A DNA stretch of 63,128 nucleotides, filler included, from Sphacelaria rigidula (Eukaryota): the NCBI GenBank assembly GCA_964200075.2. It is 6 parts of 6 records of this genome, joined end to end, with 100 filler letters (N's around TTAATTAATTAA, not from the genome) between each part and the next. Parts side by side here need not be neighbours in the genome. Positions count along the whole stretch, not along the records: positions 21,078 to 31,515 come from CAXNAA020006493.1; positions 31,616 to 42,053 come from CAXNAA020006494.1; 4 more parts are not named here. The stretch is one strand, 5' to 3'. The notes under the pieces are model-generated. The model did not search any database. It was given only the letters and a program-made list of their open reading frames with translations, and had not been told where the DNA came from. Each line of letters opens with the position of its first letter. Within the stretch, counting starts at the first letter, position 1. The position numbers were made by a program, and so were the translations under genes. Below, piece by piece: positions 25,963 to 37,669 of the stretch.

Positions 25963-27599
25963 ACGACGACAGCGATGTGGAAGCGAACCCTGACGGAGGG
26001 GAGCCGGACAGCGAGCCACCGTGGCTGGAAGAATTGTACAAATTCGTCGAAGAATACGATGATGCAGACGTGGTTGATGGCAACGACCTGCGATTCGATT
26101 TCGAGTCCCGGGGCGGCGATTACTTCCCCTGGCGAAACATCACGGAACTACTTGTCGCAGTGTGGGCTATCGTGACGCGGCCGTCGCGGCGTTCGTTGCA
26201 GATTCTTCTCAAATTCCTGCGGTTTCAAGACAGCACTGGACACGGCTTCGACCCGAGAGACGTGCCCGCCTCTGCTGAACATCTCGTGAGCAGGATGCGC
26301 CAACGCCTGCCCCTTCTTCCCGTCCTGAGGCGCAACGTGAAGGACAGGGCCGGGAACGGGACGGAGGCAATGAGTGTCCCCCTTGGAACGCTGCTTCAGC
26401 GCGTTCTGGACTGTCCTCGCGTGATGGAGGAGTACGTAGCCAACTTTGCCGGCCACAGACTCTCGACGGAGGAACAGCGGAAGAACGGCATACCCGACGA
26501 CCATTTGACTCCAATTCCGAACCGACACGTCGGGGGGGCGCGAAAGAGCTATATGAACGGTGAAATCATGCGTGGCACTGCGCATATGGGTGTGGAATGT
26601 ATCACCGTGGGGGATGGGGCGGGTGTATGCGTCACGGTTGGTGATACTGTGATGGCTACCATATCCAGAAATGGTGGCGACCCTATTCCGTGCCGTATCG
26701 CCGCGCTTTTTTGGGAAGAAGCTCGCGCGCGATGTCGCCGGGAAGTGCAGCTGGCGCGGGGCGAGAGCGACTTCTGGAAGCGGTTTCGGCCGGCACGACA
26801 GACGGACGAGAGAAAATGCTACGGTGCCAGCCCCGACAGTGATGCCGAGCGGGAAGAAGGCGGGGACTGTAGCTCCATGTCCGCTGGTGACAGTGAAGAA
26901 CACGGGGGCGGAGATGGCGGGACCTCCTCAACCGCCGACAGCGAGGAAGATCGAGGAACGACGACGGGCCATCTCGTTGCATGACTAAACCGCTTCATTT
27001 TCCGAGATAAGATGCTCGATGTTCGAGCGGCAAAACGTCCGCGGCACGATAGGGGCACGGACGTTTGGGAGTTGGTGAACGAGCCAGTGGAGGTTGGGCT
27101 CGCCGCCTTCAAGGATCCGTGTGTCGTGACGGTGCCGGGTGCAAGCGGGGGAGCGGGCGTCGATGCTGCAACGGATGATGTGCCTCACTTTACAGCCGCA
27201 GGCTTCGCCACGAAGACCCCCAGGACACGGACTGTGCGCGTAGTGAAGACGCCGTGGAGGAGGTCGGGCATAGACGGTCTGTTCCTCGATAGACGGGCGG
27301 CCTCCGTGCACGAGAATGTGCATCGCTATCCCGTCTTCTCCACGGGCATTGTCATCGCCAGCGACGCGTTCAACTACTTCTCGCTGGGAGGTTCAAACTA
27401 CAGTGTGAAGAGCTCGTACTTCGCCTTGGGTTGTTTAAACCCCAGTCTTCTACGGCGCCTGCGGGCGTGGTTTATGTGCACGGCGGGGGCCCCGAGAGCG
27501 CGGTGGGAGGAAGAGGTCGGACCTTTAATGAAGACGATCAAACTGCTCCAGAGTGGCTGCCGGGCACGAGTAAGCACGGGCGACGTGAGCACTATTACG
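25963..27599 (+). pseudogene. CACTA/Plavaka (CMC)-like DDE transposase fragment with a BAH-like domain
   Basis: ORFs 25908-26984 and 27012-27851 are in one frame, split by a single TGA at 26982. The segment is bounded by AG (25961-25962) and GTGAGT (27600). IVIASDAFNYF...SVKSSYFALGCLNP...PLMKTIKLLQSG matches the first catalytic-Asp block of Transposase_21/Plavaka-type enzymes. The C-terminal catalytic half was not found. Confidence 0.7.
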
Positions 27600-29514
27600 G
27601 TGAGTCATTGCGGCCGGGTTCGTGATCGTGGCAATGGGTATCACGGCTTCGGTTTTTGCGTTTTGAGCCGCGGCATGTTTGGATCAAGTTGTACAACAGC
27701 GCGTTGGCGCTTGTGGCTGTACATCCTAAGTCGCAAAAGTGCAGATAACGGGGTAGTGCGCTCTCCTACATGTCAGGCGCCATTTCGTTTGTTGATTAAA
27801 CACCTTGCGCGGAAAATCGCGCGCCGTGCGGCCATAGCGCCCGTGTTATAGTGCACATGAAACCCCGAACGAGTCACTTCGTGCGGACGTCATCCGGAGA
27901 AGTCCGTACTTGTCCTCACGCCGACGTCAACCGTCATCTATGTCGACACGCGGCGCACATACGGCTCTATACTGAAATCATTTAGGTACGAGCACAGGCA
28001 CTAAATACATCACATGTGTATATCGCCTCGTAGTTGTTGACAATGGCGCTTTGCAATTTCTCACCGAGAACCACTACTGCATGATCTAGTACACACATCA
28101 CCTGTAATGTATTTAGTATTTTTCCGTCATTTCCTGTCGTTCTTCCCCGCGACTTTTGAGGAGTAATGAACATTGATCTTGAACCTCATCTCAGGTCTTC
28201 GTTTCCTTTTTTTTAATGGTGACGTCAAATTTAGCGTGGAGAATGACATGGGCAGGCTGAATCGAAGAAATATCGGCCGGAGGTTTTCTGTTTTTGGGGA
28301 GAAATTCGGGCGTTGTCGTTGGCAAGTAATAATTCCCGCATTGAAGCGCCCTGGAGCAATGGAGAAAACCGAACGTATGACACGCCCGCTCTTTTTCGTC
28401 CGACACCAACTTGCGATGCACAAAACACCAACCGCGGGCCGGTCAGAGGCCGGTCGGAGATACCGCCGAATGTACAAGGATCCGGTCACCACACGGTCCA
28501 TTCTCAACAATATAATAAGATTGGGTCCATGAAAGTTGGTGTGGACAAGGCATGGAGAGGAGCGCTAATGGGTTGCTTGCCTCCGTCGTTTGACCGTTGA
28601 CCACCCATTCCCTTCGAGACGGAACCCCGTTTGTACTCAAAATCGACACACGTCCAACATTCCGGGGCCAATAACGTTTCTTCCACACATCACACATTCA
28701 AACCACGAACGGGGCATGAACAAAAGGAGCAAGACGATAGGCAAATCGGAGGCAGTGGGCCCACAGACAGGGGCACGATTCATGACTTGCGAAGTTTCTC
28801 GACCAATCAGAGTATTTAAACAAACCAAAATGCGGTGAACTTTCTTCAACCAGATGAGAGATATGAAGAGCATGCAAGTAAAAAAGCAGCTTTGATAGCT
28901 CCACACATTGCGCCGCTGCGACACGGACGGCTGCGACCGACAAGAAACGAGGATACAGCAGCTGGGTGGTGGCTCACTTTGTTTGTCCCAACCTGCACGC
29001 ACCCGCCTGGCGTGTCTCCCCCGATCACAGCACCCGACAAGAGTTGAAGTATCAGAGAAGACTCAACAGACAGCCGTACAGCCGTCATGTGACGATTGCT
29101 TCAACCTTCCGTTGTTCCGACAGCACCTTGATCCCACCGCTATTCTGTGCAGCCCGAAACACGGCATGCGGCAGTACACACTCTCCAGTGCACATCGCAC
29201 CGTGATCGTCGTAGAGTGTGTAGATGCCCAACAGCACAGCGAGAACTCCAGCATGGAAATGATGGGTTTGGGGAGCGCCTTATTCCTTTGACTCCAGACG
29301 AAGCAGCCAACACAGCATGAACGTTTCAACGGTGTGTAGAAAGCACTGCGTGGCGACAACATTGTCTTTCATAGAAACGACCGGAATTATAGTATAGATC
29401 AACTCAGGAACTCCCAGCGGAGATCGAACCGTCTACACAAAGGCCTGAAGACGCCACAGCGCAGCGACACCTACAACACACAAGACAGAGGATGAGTGTG
29501 TTTGTGCTGCAGCA

Positions 29515-29897
29515 CAGTGGTAGAGGACATGTCCCATGAGATAGTTCTCTCCCTGATTTCAGGTGGGTCGTCGATTTTTGCCCAAAGGCGGTTTTCAAAC
29601 GCTCGGCCATAATCACGCTTCGCGCGAAAATATTTTAATTCACTTTGAGTCACCCCTATTTGTGGGAGGTGAGCCAAATCGGAGATGTACCGGGACGGAA
29701 TCCGCTTAATTGAAGTAGCAGCCGGAGCCCGCATCACGAGCCAAACCTCCGACACGAAGAGTAGGGTATAACCCAAAGTGAATTGACAGAAGCGCGAACC
29801 TGGCCGCGTGTTCAAAGTCGGCACTGGTCCTAAATGGAACACCTGTCCACGATCAGACGGGGGACTAAAGGATGGGACACGTTCTGTCCCACTACTG
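29515..29897. mobile_element. Degenerate Tc1/mariner-type MITE inside a larger inverted-repeat element (arms ~29316-29385 and ~30010-30080)
   Basis: CAGTGGTAGAGGACATGTCCCAT versus ATGGGACACGTTCTGTCCCACTACTG followed by TA. The outer arms share AAGCACTGCGTG in inverted orientation. Confidence 0.45.
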
Positions 29898-30719
29898 TAC
29901 CGCAGCAAGCCTGTGTCATGTGTTGGAGCTTCTACTGTTCTGTTGTACCTCGTAGTGTGTCCACGCATTGCGAAGACGGTTTGGATTGCATGACCTGCGA
30001 TGTTGTCATTGTGTTCGTCTCTTCCGAAAACAATCTTAATCGGCACGCAGTGCTTGGTGCACACTGTTGAGAACTTCATGGGTGAGTTGACCGTTTCGTC
30101 TTCGGTAAGACGAAGAACGCGCTGTCCGTTGCTGCGACAGCCCTGCTGGTGCCGTGCCGCCTGTACTGTACCACACTGTTGTATTGTGTTGAGTGTACGG
30201 TACTGTATTATCTATGATGCTGTATTTGGCTGAAACGCGCTATGACGAGTTACACCGCACAAATTTGGTTTTAGACTACTCCCCTGGCGCTATCCAAGCG
30301 AAATGGAGCAAGCTGATTGGTGAGTTACGAAGCGATCTGTCCGGCTCCAAATTCAGTCTCCCACACGACACGCAATGATCCCTATCTTCCACATGTCTGC
30401 GACCACCATCGCTAATCAGGACTCTGAAATATGTCATTAAATCACAGCAAGAAACAACAAAATGCAGGAGTGAACCCCGACGTCGGAATGGGCCTACAAT
30501 CTCCAAATCCGCTTGCAGGCAGGCCCATGTCGCACCGGACGCGAGTCCGCCCCCCAATTTACCGCAAAGTCGTGAAGAGGTTTTGAAGCCGTAACCAACG
30601 AACCCCAACGCTGGATGCAACAAAACCGCCGATATTAAACCCGACTATTCAGAAGTACATACCCTACCCGACCAGCACTTCATGCGCCCGCCGGTGATGA
30701 AGCCCGTGGTTGGAAGTAT

Positions 30720-31105
30720 TCAAACGTCACACAACTCAACTGAGGTCACCACGAGTTCACTATTTCTGACATACTTACCCGTGAGTTCTAGCAGCATCAG
30801 TCAGCAGTGGCCGCCTTGGTCGGGTGAGTTGTACAGCATAACTCAGCGATGCAAGATCTGGTCACGTGAGTTGGAAACTCAAACTCAGTAGTGACAATTC
30901 TGGCGGGGCGAGTTGAAAGTATGGCTCACTTACGCATACCTAGGACGCGTGAGTTATAAAGTACAACTCAGTCATGCACATTATGGCCGGGTGACGTGGT
31001 CATCCTGCCCGGGTGGATTGTACAAGATGACTGATCGGCGCATGTGTTCAGACGGTGCGTTGTAGAAGATGAATTTGCGGGAAACGTTCTGGCCGGGTGA
31101 ATTTA
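30720..31105. repeat. Degenerate ~38-bp tandem array (GGGTGAGTTG..ACTCAG..CTGGCC)
   Basis: The recurring unit is visible by eye. Related inverted arrays lie at about 35460-35640 and 37780-37850. Confidence 0.6.
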
Positions 31106-31515
31106 TTGTAACGTCAAAATGAAAGGATGAGGAGGGTGATGTCGCTCAGGTCACTTATGTGATCTGAGTTCTGCAACAGCTCATTCCGTGTACGGAAATG
31201 CACGTTACAGTTGAGTACTGAGTTCGGAGACGCTACCTGACCTTTACCCCTGTGATCATGTCAGACAGTCATGTCACTACCTCTTGCGTTCGGAGTCCTG
31301 ACCAATTTTGTGCTCGGAGTTATGACATGGCCAACGTACATCCAGTCACTCATAACTTGGCCACACCACTCTAACTTTTCTTCCGAGTTGTGAGTTTAAT
31401 TAAGAGAGGTCATCCGTACCCCGCAGTTTATGCGAACCCCCCCCCCCCCCCTCCCCCCCCCCTCACCCACACAACCAGAACCGGACACATCACCACGGTC
31501 TACCCCACCCCAACA

Positions 31516-31615
31516 NNNNNNNNNNNNNNNNNNNNNNNNNNNNNNNNNNNNNNNNNNNNTTAATTAATTAANNNNNNNNNNNNNNNNNNNNNNNNNNNNN
31601 NNNNNNNNNNNNNNN
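31516..31615. other. Artificial 100-bp contig linker
   Basis: N-run containing TTAATTAATTAA. Confidence 0.98.
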
Positions 31616-32263
31616 TGGATGCCTCGGGACTGTCCGCCTGTACAACTGTTCCGAGGCGACGCTCGTCGTCTAAGGGTTAAAGTATGATGTAGTGCAGTCC
31701 ACTCCACAATCACAGTACACGATAATGCCGTGTGGAAATACATGATGGTACAGTCGGTATTGCGAGAACAGTGTACAGTGTGCGGCAAGAGTTCACGAGT
31801 GCAGTCTCATCCATCACCCTGCAACAACCACGACAGCAGAGTGTAGGATAGTACAGTACCGTTGGTTATGATGATATATACAGCATAAAATTTTGCCATC
31901 ACCGCAGGTTACGGCGTCAACACTTCTTACCCGCTTGTCAAACAGTGCGGAGCTGCTCCAGCAGCCGGCGCTCGCAGGCACTGTCTGTGCTGTCACGAGA
32001 CTGTCTGCTGCTGTTGTACCAAACGCCTGTTGTCCCATCACTGTATGTGACCATATGTACGTCAGTTGCTACAGATTCGGGAGGCCTCGATTTTCCACGG
32101 ATCTGCGCTCAGGTTCGTGTAAAACCGTTCTCAAATTGTGACAAACGAATCTGAGCTCCCCCGATTTGGGCCAAATTGGGATCCATACAAGGCGTTTCCG
32201 GATCTGAGGTCCCCTGATCTGCGTACAGATCCGTTTGTGCGACTGCCATACAAGTCGGTCTTA

Positions 32264-32731
32264 GGCCGCTTATTACAGCAAACAAGAAAAAAATCCTGTG
32301 ACACTGCCTTTTTTGGCCTTCTACATCATATACGTGCTCAAAGAGGGCTAGGCGGATTTTGACACCTTGGAATGACTTGCTCTACTCGCTGAGACGGTTC
32401 CAGGATATATTCGCGTTTTCCGGTGGCCGCAGTTTCAATTTCGGCCAAAGGAGCATTTTTTGTTCAGGAAGGGTCAAGCCCAGATGAAAATGACAGTTTT
32501 TTCGAGACTCGACCGTTCTTGACCGTTCGTGGAAAAAAATGCAAGTTTGGCCAAAAATAATAATACGTCCACCGGAAAAAGCGAAGATTTCGTGCAATCG
32601 TTCTAATGAGTAAAGCAAATCATTCCAAGGTATCAAACTCCGCCTAGCTCTCTTTTAGGGCATAAAACGACGAACAAGGATCAAAAAAGCATTTTTACAG
32701 GATATATTTCTTGTATTGGGAAGAAGCGGCC
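32264..32731. mobile_element. Fold-back MITE, Harbinger-like, with ~150-bp arms
   Basis: Termini GGCCGCTT...AAGCGGCC flanked by TTA and TTG. Inner arms AAGAGGGCTAGGCGGATTTTGACACCTTGGAATGA and TCATTCCAAGGTATCAAACTCCGCCTAGCTCTCTT. Confidence 0.75.
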
Positions 32732-33302
32732 TTGTGGACGTCTTTCATGGACATTGTTTTGGCTCTAAACTCAGTTTCTGAGCTTCGATTTTCAAATTGG
32801 GTTCTGAAATTTAGGATGGAGAATTGCAAGGACATACTGAAAACTAAACAAAACTGGGCCGTCATTTTTTTTGGTAAGTGAAAGACGATATCGTGAAAAT
32901 GATCCTTACTACACCAACACGTCCTTGACTCACGGAGTAAAAAAAATATCCACGTCCCAATTTTTCAGTTTCACTATGCTCAAGCGATTCTCCATACATA
33001 ATATCAAAGCACAAACACCACAACTGGGCTGGTAAATGTCCTGCACCGTTTCTAATCTCGACCGGCCCAGGTTTTAAACGCCCATTCTCACCTCAATTTT
33101 GAGAGTCGGACTTTCAAATTTGGTAGGGAGAATCAATCGCTAGGGCATAATGAAGTAGTAATTTTCGAGACATTGAGATATTGCTTTTTTTCATGAGTTA
33201 GGGCAAAGTGTCTAGTATTGTCCCCAACTCATGAAAAGAAGCAAAATCTCGATTCCCCAAAAATTATTACAGTATGCCATTATGTCCTAACGATTCTCAA
33301 TA

Positions 33303-34147
33303 CAGTGGGGGGCTCTCAGTAGTGCCGGTATGTGCCCACCACGGACACCGGCACTACTCTCAAAAGTGCCAAAACAGGTGCAATTGAGGGCTCTGAATAC
33401 CTCAGTAGTGCCGGTTCTGGCACTACTGACGACCGTCCGTTCGTACAGTGCTACGCTTGCCCTTCGTGGGACCACCGGAAGCACAAAACGGACGAGGATC
33501 GTTGTTTCAAGGGGTTTCGATAGGATACGTCACGTAAGGTTTCGGGGTAGCAGAACTAAACCCCATGTTTTTTTGTTTTTCACATTCAACTTGATTGGTC
33601 CTGTTCACAGGTTGATCATTTCCTTCCCTACTAGCACAACAGCAGCAGTACGGCCACAAAAGTTGCTCATGCCGAAAGACCTTGCGTTTGCTTGTAGACC
33701 GCCCCGATCCAGCACCCTCTGATGAAACCTTTGTGCGCTTGCCCTTTTTTTGAAGGCACATGCTGCAGATGCGGTGCATTTCGTTGTCGCCAAACAGGCT
33801 GCAGCAAATACCGTGGAGCTTCCCGCCACATGTCCCCTGGCAAACGTGACCATGACGGCCTTCTGGCGTCGTGGCCTGCGCCAGGCACATTTCACCTTCC
33901 GCACAAGGCATGTTGTGTCCCTACGTTGCAAGGTCTGCACCAGCACGTATCCTGCTGTACCCCTACTGGTGCTTGGTTGGTGGGGGGTAAGGCTTGCGTG
34001 AGTGTGCCCGGAACCGGCACTACTGAGGGTCATCTGTCAGTAGTGCCGGGCGGCACTACTGCGAGCTCTGGCTGTGCTCGAAGATTCTACCGGCATTATA
34101 TAGGTCGTTGGCACTATTCAACTGGCACTACTGAGAGCCCCTCACTG
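33303..34147 (-). mobile_element. 845-bp non-autonomous Tc1/mariner-type element carrying a PHD-like zinc-finger ORF
   Basis: TA TSDs at 33301-33302 and 34148-34149, TIR CAGTG(G/A)GGGGCTCTCAGTAGTGCC, and about nine internal copies of CAGTAGTGCC in both orientations. Confidence 0.9.
33507..33911 (-). CDS. Transposon-borne small ORF with a C4HC3 (PHD-like) finger and a basic tail
   Basis: ATG-initiated MPCAEGEMC...CQGTCGGKLHGIC...CSMC followed by KKGKRTK...KRK. The 3' boundary is uncertain. Confidence 0.55.
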   Translation of the reverse strand: MPCAEGEMCLAQATTPEGRHGHVCQGTCGGKLHGICCSLFGDNEMHRICSMCLQKKGKRTKVSSEGAGSGRSTSKRKVFRHEQLLWPYCCCCASREGNDQPVNRTNQVECEKQKNMGFSSATPKPYVTYPIETP

Positions 34148-34732
34148 TACTAAATATGAAAGGCTAAATTTCAAAAGTGAGGTGAGAATGGGCCTGCAAC
34201 CTACAAACCCGCTCCTAGGCTGGCCCAGTTCGTGTTGTCCGTGGATGATAGCCATGGTCACGGCTCCAAGGTGCACTTTTCAGGGCAACGGGTGCACATG
34301 AACGGCGATTGGTGTGTAAGCCGCACCCTATTAAGTGTTGACGATCTGACATCCCATTCGTTAAAACTTACAGGCCGTGCAGCACATGCATCATGTTTTC
34401 ATCTGCTTACGGCCAATGATACACGACGCTTGTTTGGTTGGCTGACATACTGCGACAGATTTTCACGTGTATATATCTTCGGCCATTTTTTTTGTCTCTT
34501 GAAAAAACCAAGCCTCAACGGTTCCCGATAGCATCGTGTCTCCGTGGTTTTGTCATTGGGCCGATTCATCTGTCACGCATTTTTCTAGGGCTCGCTCGGA
34601 AACTGAAGTAAATAATCGGCGTAGGGGGCACACACCCAATCAAGGCTTCGAGCAGCCATGATGCAATCACCACCTTCAACACCAGTATGTCTCTCTTCCC
34701 CAAGATGAAATATGCAAGTCCGATGTACGCAC

Positions 34733-34846
34733 CTCGATAACGGCAATCGTGCCCTCTTGTTGTCCCCTGAACTTGAGGTAAACGTTCACCAGCTCGGCGA
34801 AGGCTACCCCCGTGCAGTTGTCGAGGGCGATATCGATATCCTCGTT
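34733..34846 (-). CDS. Single exon of a CCA-adding tRNA nucleotidyltransferase (class II, poly(A) polymerase head family)
   Basis: A 114-nt exon between cag and gtgcgt encodes NEDIDIALDNCTGVAFAELVNVYLKFRGQQEGTIAVIE. DIDIALDN..G..FA..V..YL is the eukaryotic CCA-enzyme catalytic DxD region. Neighbouring exons were not found in this contig. Confidence 0.75.
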
Positions 34847-35895
34847 CTGTCAACAAGCACCAAGAGGATGAAATTGAAGTTGCAGTGTAGAGAGAGAGCC
34901 AAGAAGATATATGGATAAGACACTGATATTTGGGGTCGATCATTCGCATTGTTTTTTGCATGGCCCACGCACAACAAATCCGACGTATTTCGAAATGATA
35001 CAGTAGTAACAGGGTTTTCGCCAGATTGAGTCTGTAATAGCGCCTGATTCAGAGCGAAAACACAGAATAGGAAATCAGAATCCATTTGAATACATCGACT
35101 GATGTTTCTCGGGGAATGCTGCGCCGAGCCAGGCGAGGACCGGCTGGAATGAAGGCACCTTGCCCTTAGGATGCACCCAGTGCATATTTATATTGCATTG
35201 GCCTTGGCCATTAGCTGTAATATAGATAGAGTTCCAGTTTTCCAGAAATGGTCGATTCATGCCTGGAACAGTTTCACTTCAGAAGTGTCCCTCCAGGCCT
35301 TATACGAGGCCTTATACGCTGTCTGCAGTAGCTTGCCACTGTAGCCCCTGCTACCCCTGAGTAGGATATCTATGTGTAGTTGTAAGCATACGACACGGTC
35401 AAGGTAGAGCGAGTCATACAACTCCCTCTCTCCCCCTTAATCAAACGTTAGACACGTCGGACAACTCATGACTCAACTCAGCTATACTGCATCATTCACC
35501 CGGCCAGATTGTGCACCGCTGATTCTTCTTGGATAACTCCCCTGGTGAGAATATGCACCGCTGAGCTATGTTGCATATTTCACGGCTGAGTTTTGGAATA
35601 TGACTTGTGCTGTGCAACTCACCTGACCGGAAACATGCGAAACACGGCGGTCAACACTAGTTCCTTGTGTCAATAATAGTAAGTGTGTTGGCGCATCAGT
35701 CGGAGTCACACAGGAGGAAAGCCAAAACAGGATTTTCATTTCATATTTTTTTTCGTAGTCCACCTTCCTTCAGCGGTACTTGCCTTATTCTTCATCGCGA
35801 GAGGGGTTCAGCGGTCCCTTTCCCTCGTCGACCGTGCAGTCGAGTTTTGTAAGTGGAAACACGTACATGTACATGTAGTGCGAGAAACATATTAA

Positions 35896-36913
35896 CCCTT
35901 TTGGACCGGCCCCCCAGTAATACGGGGTTGACCGTGTGTTGGTAAAAAAAGATAAGAAGTCAGGGAGCGACCTGCCCAATTACGGCGAGGCGAAATTTAT
36001 CGTCCAGACCCAAACGACCAGTGCGCGGATTGTTACCAAATTTGATGTCACTGCCAAGATTGTATGGGGGCCCTGTCCCTGGCCCAGATAAAACGCCTTC
36101 CCAGGTACCTAAAGCCCGGATGGTCGGGGAACGATTTCTCGTATAAGTTACATTCAACATAGCGCTTCCGTGGTTTCCTGGATATTTTTTGGGGCGCCAG
36201 TTCGCACTAAAACGTAGTAATTACACCAACGCATGATTGGGGGGTAGGTCGGGGAAAAGCGTACATGCCATATTGTGGTCATTTTCACGAGGGCCGTGGA
36301 GCGAGAGAAGGAACTATAGTCATGATTTCCGCCTAGCTCTCTACCGATGCCTTGCAGTGTGCATTAAACATGGATGAAGTGGGCGGGAACGACCAAGTTG
36401 CGTATAGTAGGCAGCTGATCTCCGTAGCTGAGAACTGCCCAGAACGTGTAAGCGAGTATACAGCGGCAGCTGCTGCTGCAGTCGGAGAGGCGTCCTGTAC
36501 TATATGTGCGTAGCAACGCCAATGCCCTTCGAAGAGAATTTGCCGCTTGCAACAAAGAGGAAAACCGCCGCCCACCCCGACCACAAAGAGCTGTGTGGCA
36601 AGGTGATCACAATAATATTATCCAAAGCCACAAGTGGCGCGCGGCCCGCCGGTCGCCACATCCTGTTGAAAGCTCTCTACGGCGACCCATACTGATTGTT
36701 ACACCTGTACATTGCCTAATGCACGCGCCCCACTCGAATTACACTTTGTACCTGCACCTGAAAATAGATTGGGTGACACTTCCGGTCTTCCTCCTAACCC
36801 TGTGGCTACATACGTGGATTTCCAGCAACATGAAGCCACTGTTTCGTGCAGATGCCAGACACATCATTTCTAACCAGCCCCATCGGTGGTTCTGGAGGCC
36901 GGGTGCCAAACGG
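35896..36913. mobile_element. ~1-kb non-autonomous piggyBac-like element
   Basis: TTAA on both sides (35892-35895 and 36914-36917), with imperfect TIRs CCCTTTTGGACCGGCCCCCCAG and CTGGAGGCCGGGTGCCAAACGG. Confidence 0.5.
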
Positions 36914-36968
36914 TTAAATTAACACTGCCGCAGATGTATAATATGAAAACAGAAAACATATACCTGTA

Positions 36969-37669
36969 CGAGCTGGGCCAGCTTAACCCTTAGACCGCGA
37001 GATTAGTCTTTCTGGATCATGCATTCTTTTTTCCACTTGAAATTGATGCCGATTCAACAGAAGACTGACCTCGCGGTCTAAGGGTTAAAAGCGGCTAAAC
37101 GTTGCTCACACCACAGCTTTTCCAGTTTCCCGAATGAACCCGATGTAAGCATATCACTTTGAAGTGTGGTCCAACCTGGTAACACACAGCACCGCCGCTG
37201 AATAAAGAAAAAAAATGGAAAAAAATATACTGCATTATTTAATGTATGACCTCAACGACGGAAGAAAAAAAAAGAGAATCTGTCGGGATTCGAACTCATG
37301 ACCTCCATAATTGGAGTTCCTCATCACTTGATTTTTAGGGGTGCAGCAGCGTCACGGAAAACGTTGAACGCACAGCCCAATTCGACGACTCTTGAGCTGA
37401 AATTCCAGGAAGACCTTCTACACCCAAGGAACTGATACTTCACGTGAGCAGCTGCAGATTCTCCTTTTTTCCCTGGACTCATGACATTATCTTGTTTCTG
37501 CTGAAATTTCGAAATTTCAAATGCCCATAATTTCTTTTTTTGCTGCTCACGTGATCTTTTGCATTTTGATCATAAAAAGCTGCTGTCAAAAGTTCAGCGT
37601 CCAACTCCTAATATCGCGCCGTGCGTCGCCTGAGCGAGATTCACACCTACTCTTGGCTGGCCCAGCTCG
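36969..37669. mobile_element. Tc1/mariner-type MITE (TIR CGAGCTGGGCCAGC, TA TSD)
   Basis: TA-CGAGCTGGGCCAGC ... GCTGGCCCAGCTCG-TA. The same terminus occurs at about 41975-41993, next to the contig end. Confidence 0.8.
36987..37084. mobile_element. 98-bp piggyBac-type MITE
   Basis: TTAA-CCCTTAGACCGCGAG...CTCGCGGTCTAAGGG-TTAA, paralogous to 743-838. Confidence 0.9.

Larger units (their letters stand above)
33080..34193. mobile_element. Fold-back MITE (~270 bp) interrupted by the Tc1/mariner derivative
   Basis: TIR GCCCATTCTCACCTCA / TGAGGTGAGAATGGGC with the hairpin centre near 33210. The right arm resumes after 34149. Confidence 0.75.

Noticed and set aside
31915..32041. Possible minus-strand exon with a GTAAGA donor, downstream of the CCA exon
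   Set aside because: Its translation does not resemble the expected CCA-enzyme continuation, and there is no other support.
37275..37325. B-box-like GAGTTCGAATCCC on the minus strand
   Set aside because: No paired T-stem, A-box or cloverleaf. At most a decayed tRNA/SINE scrap.
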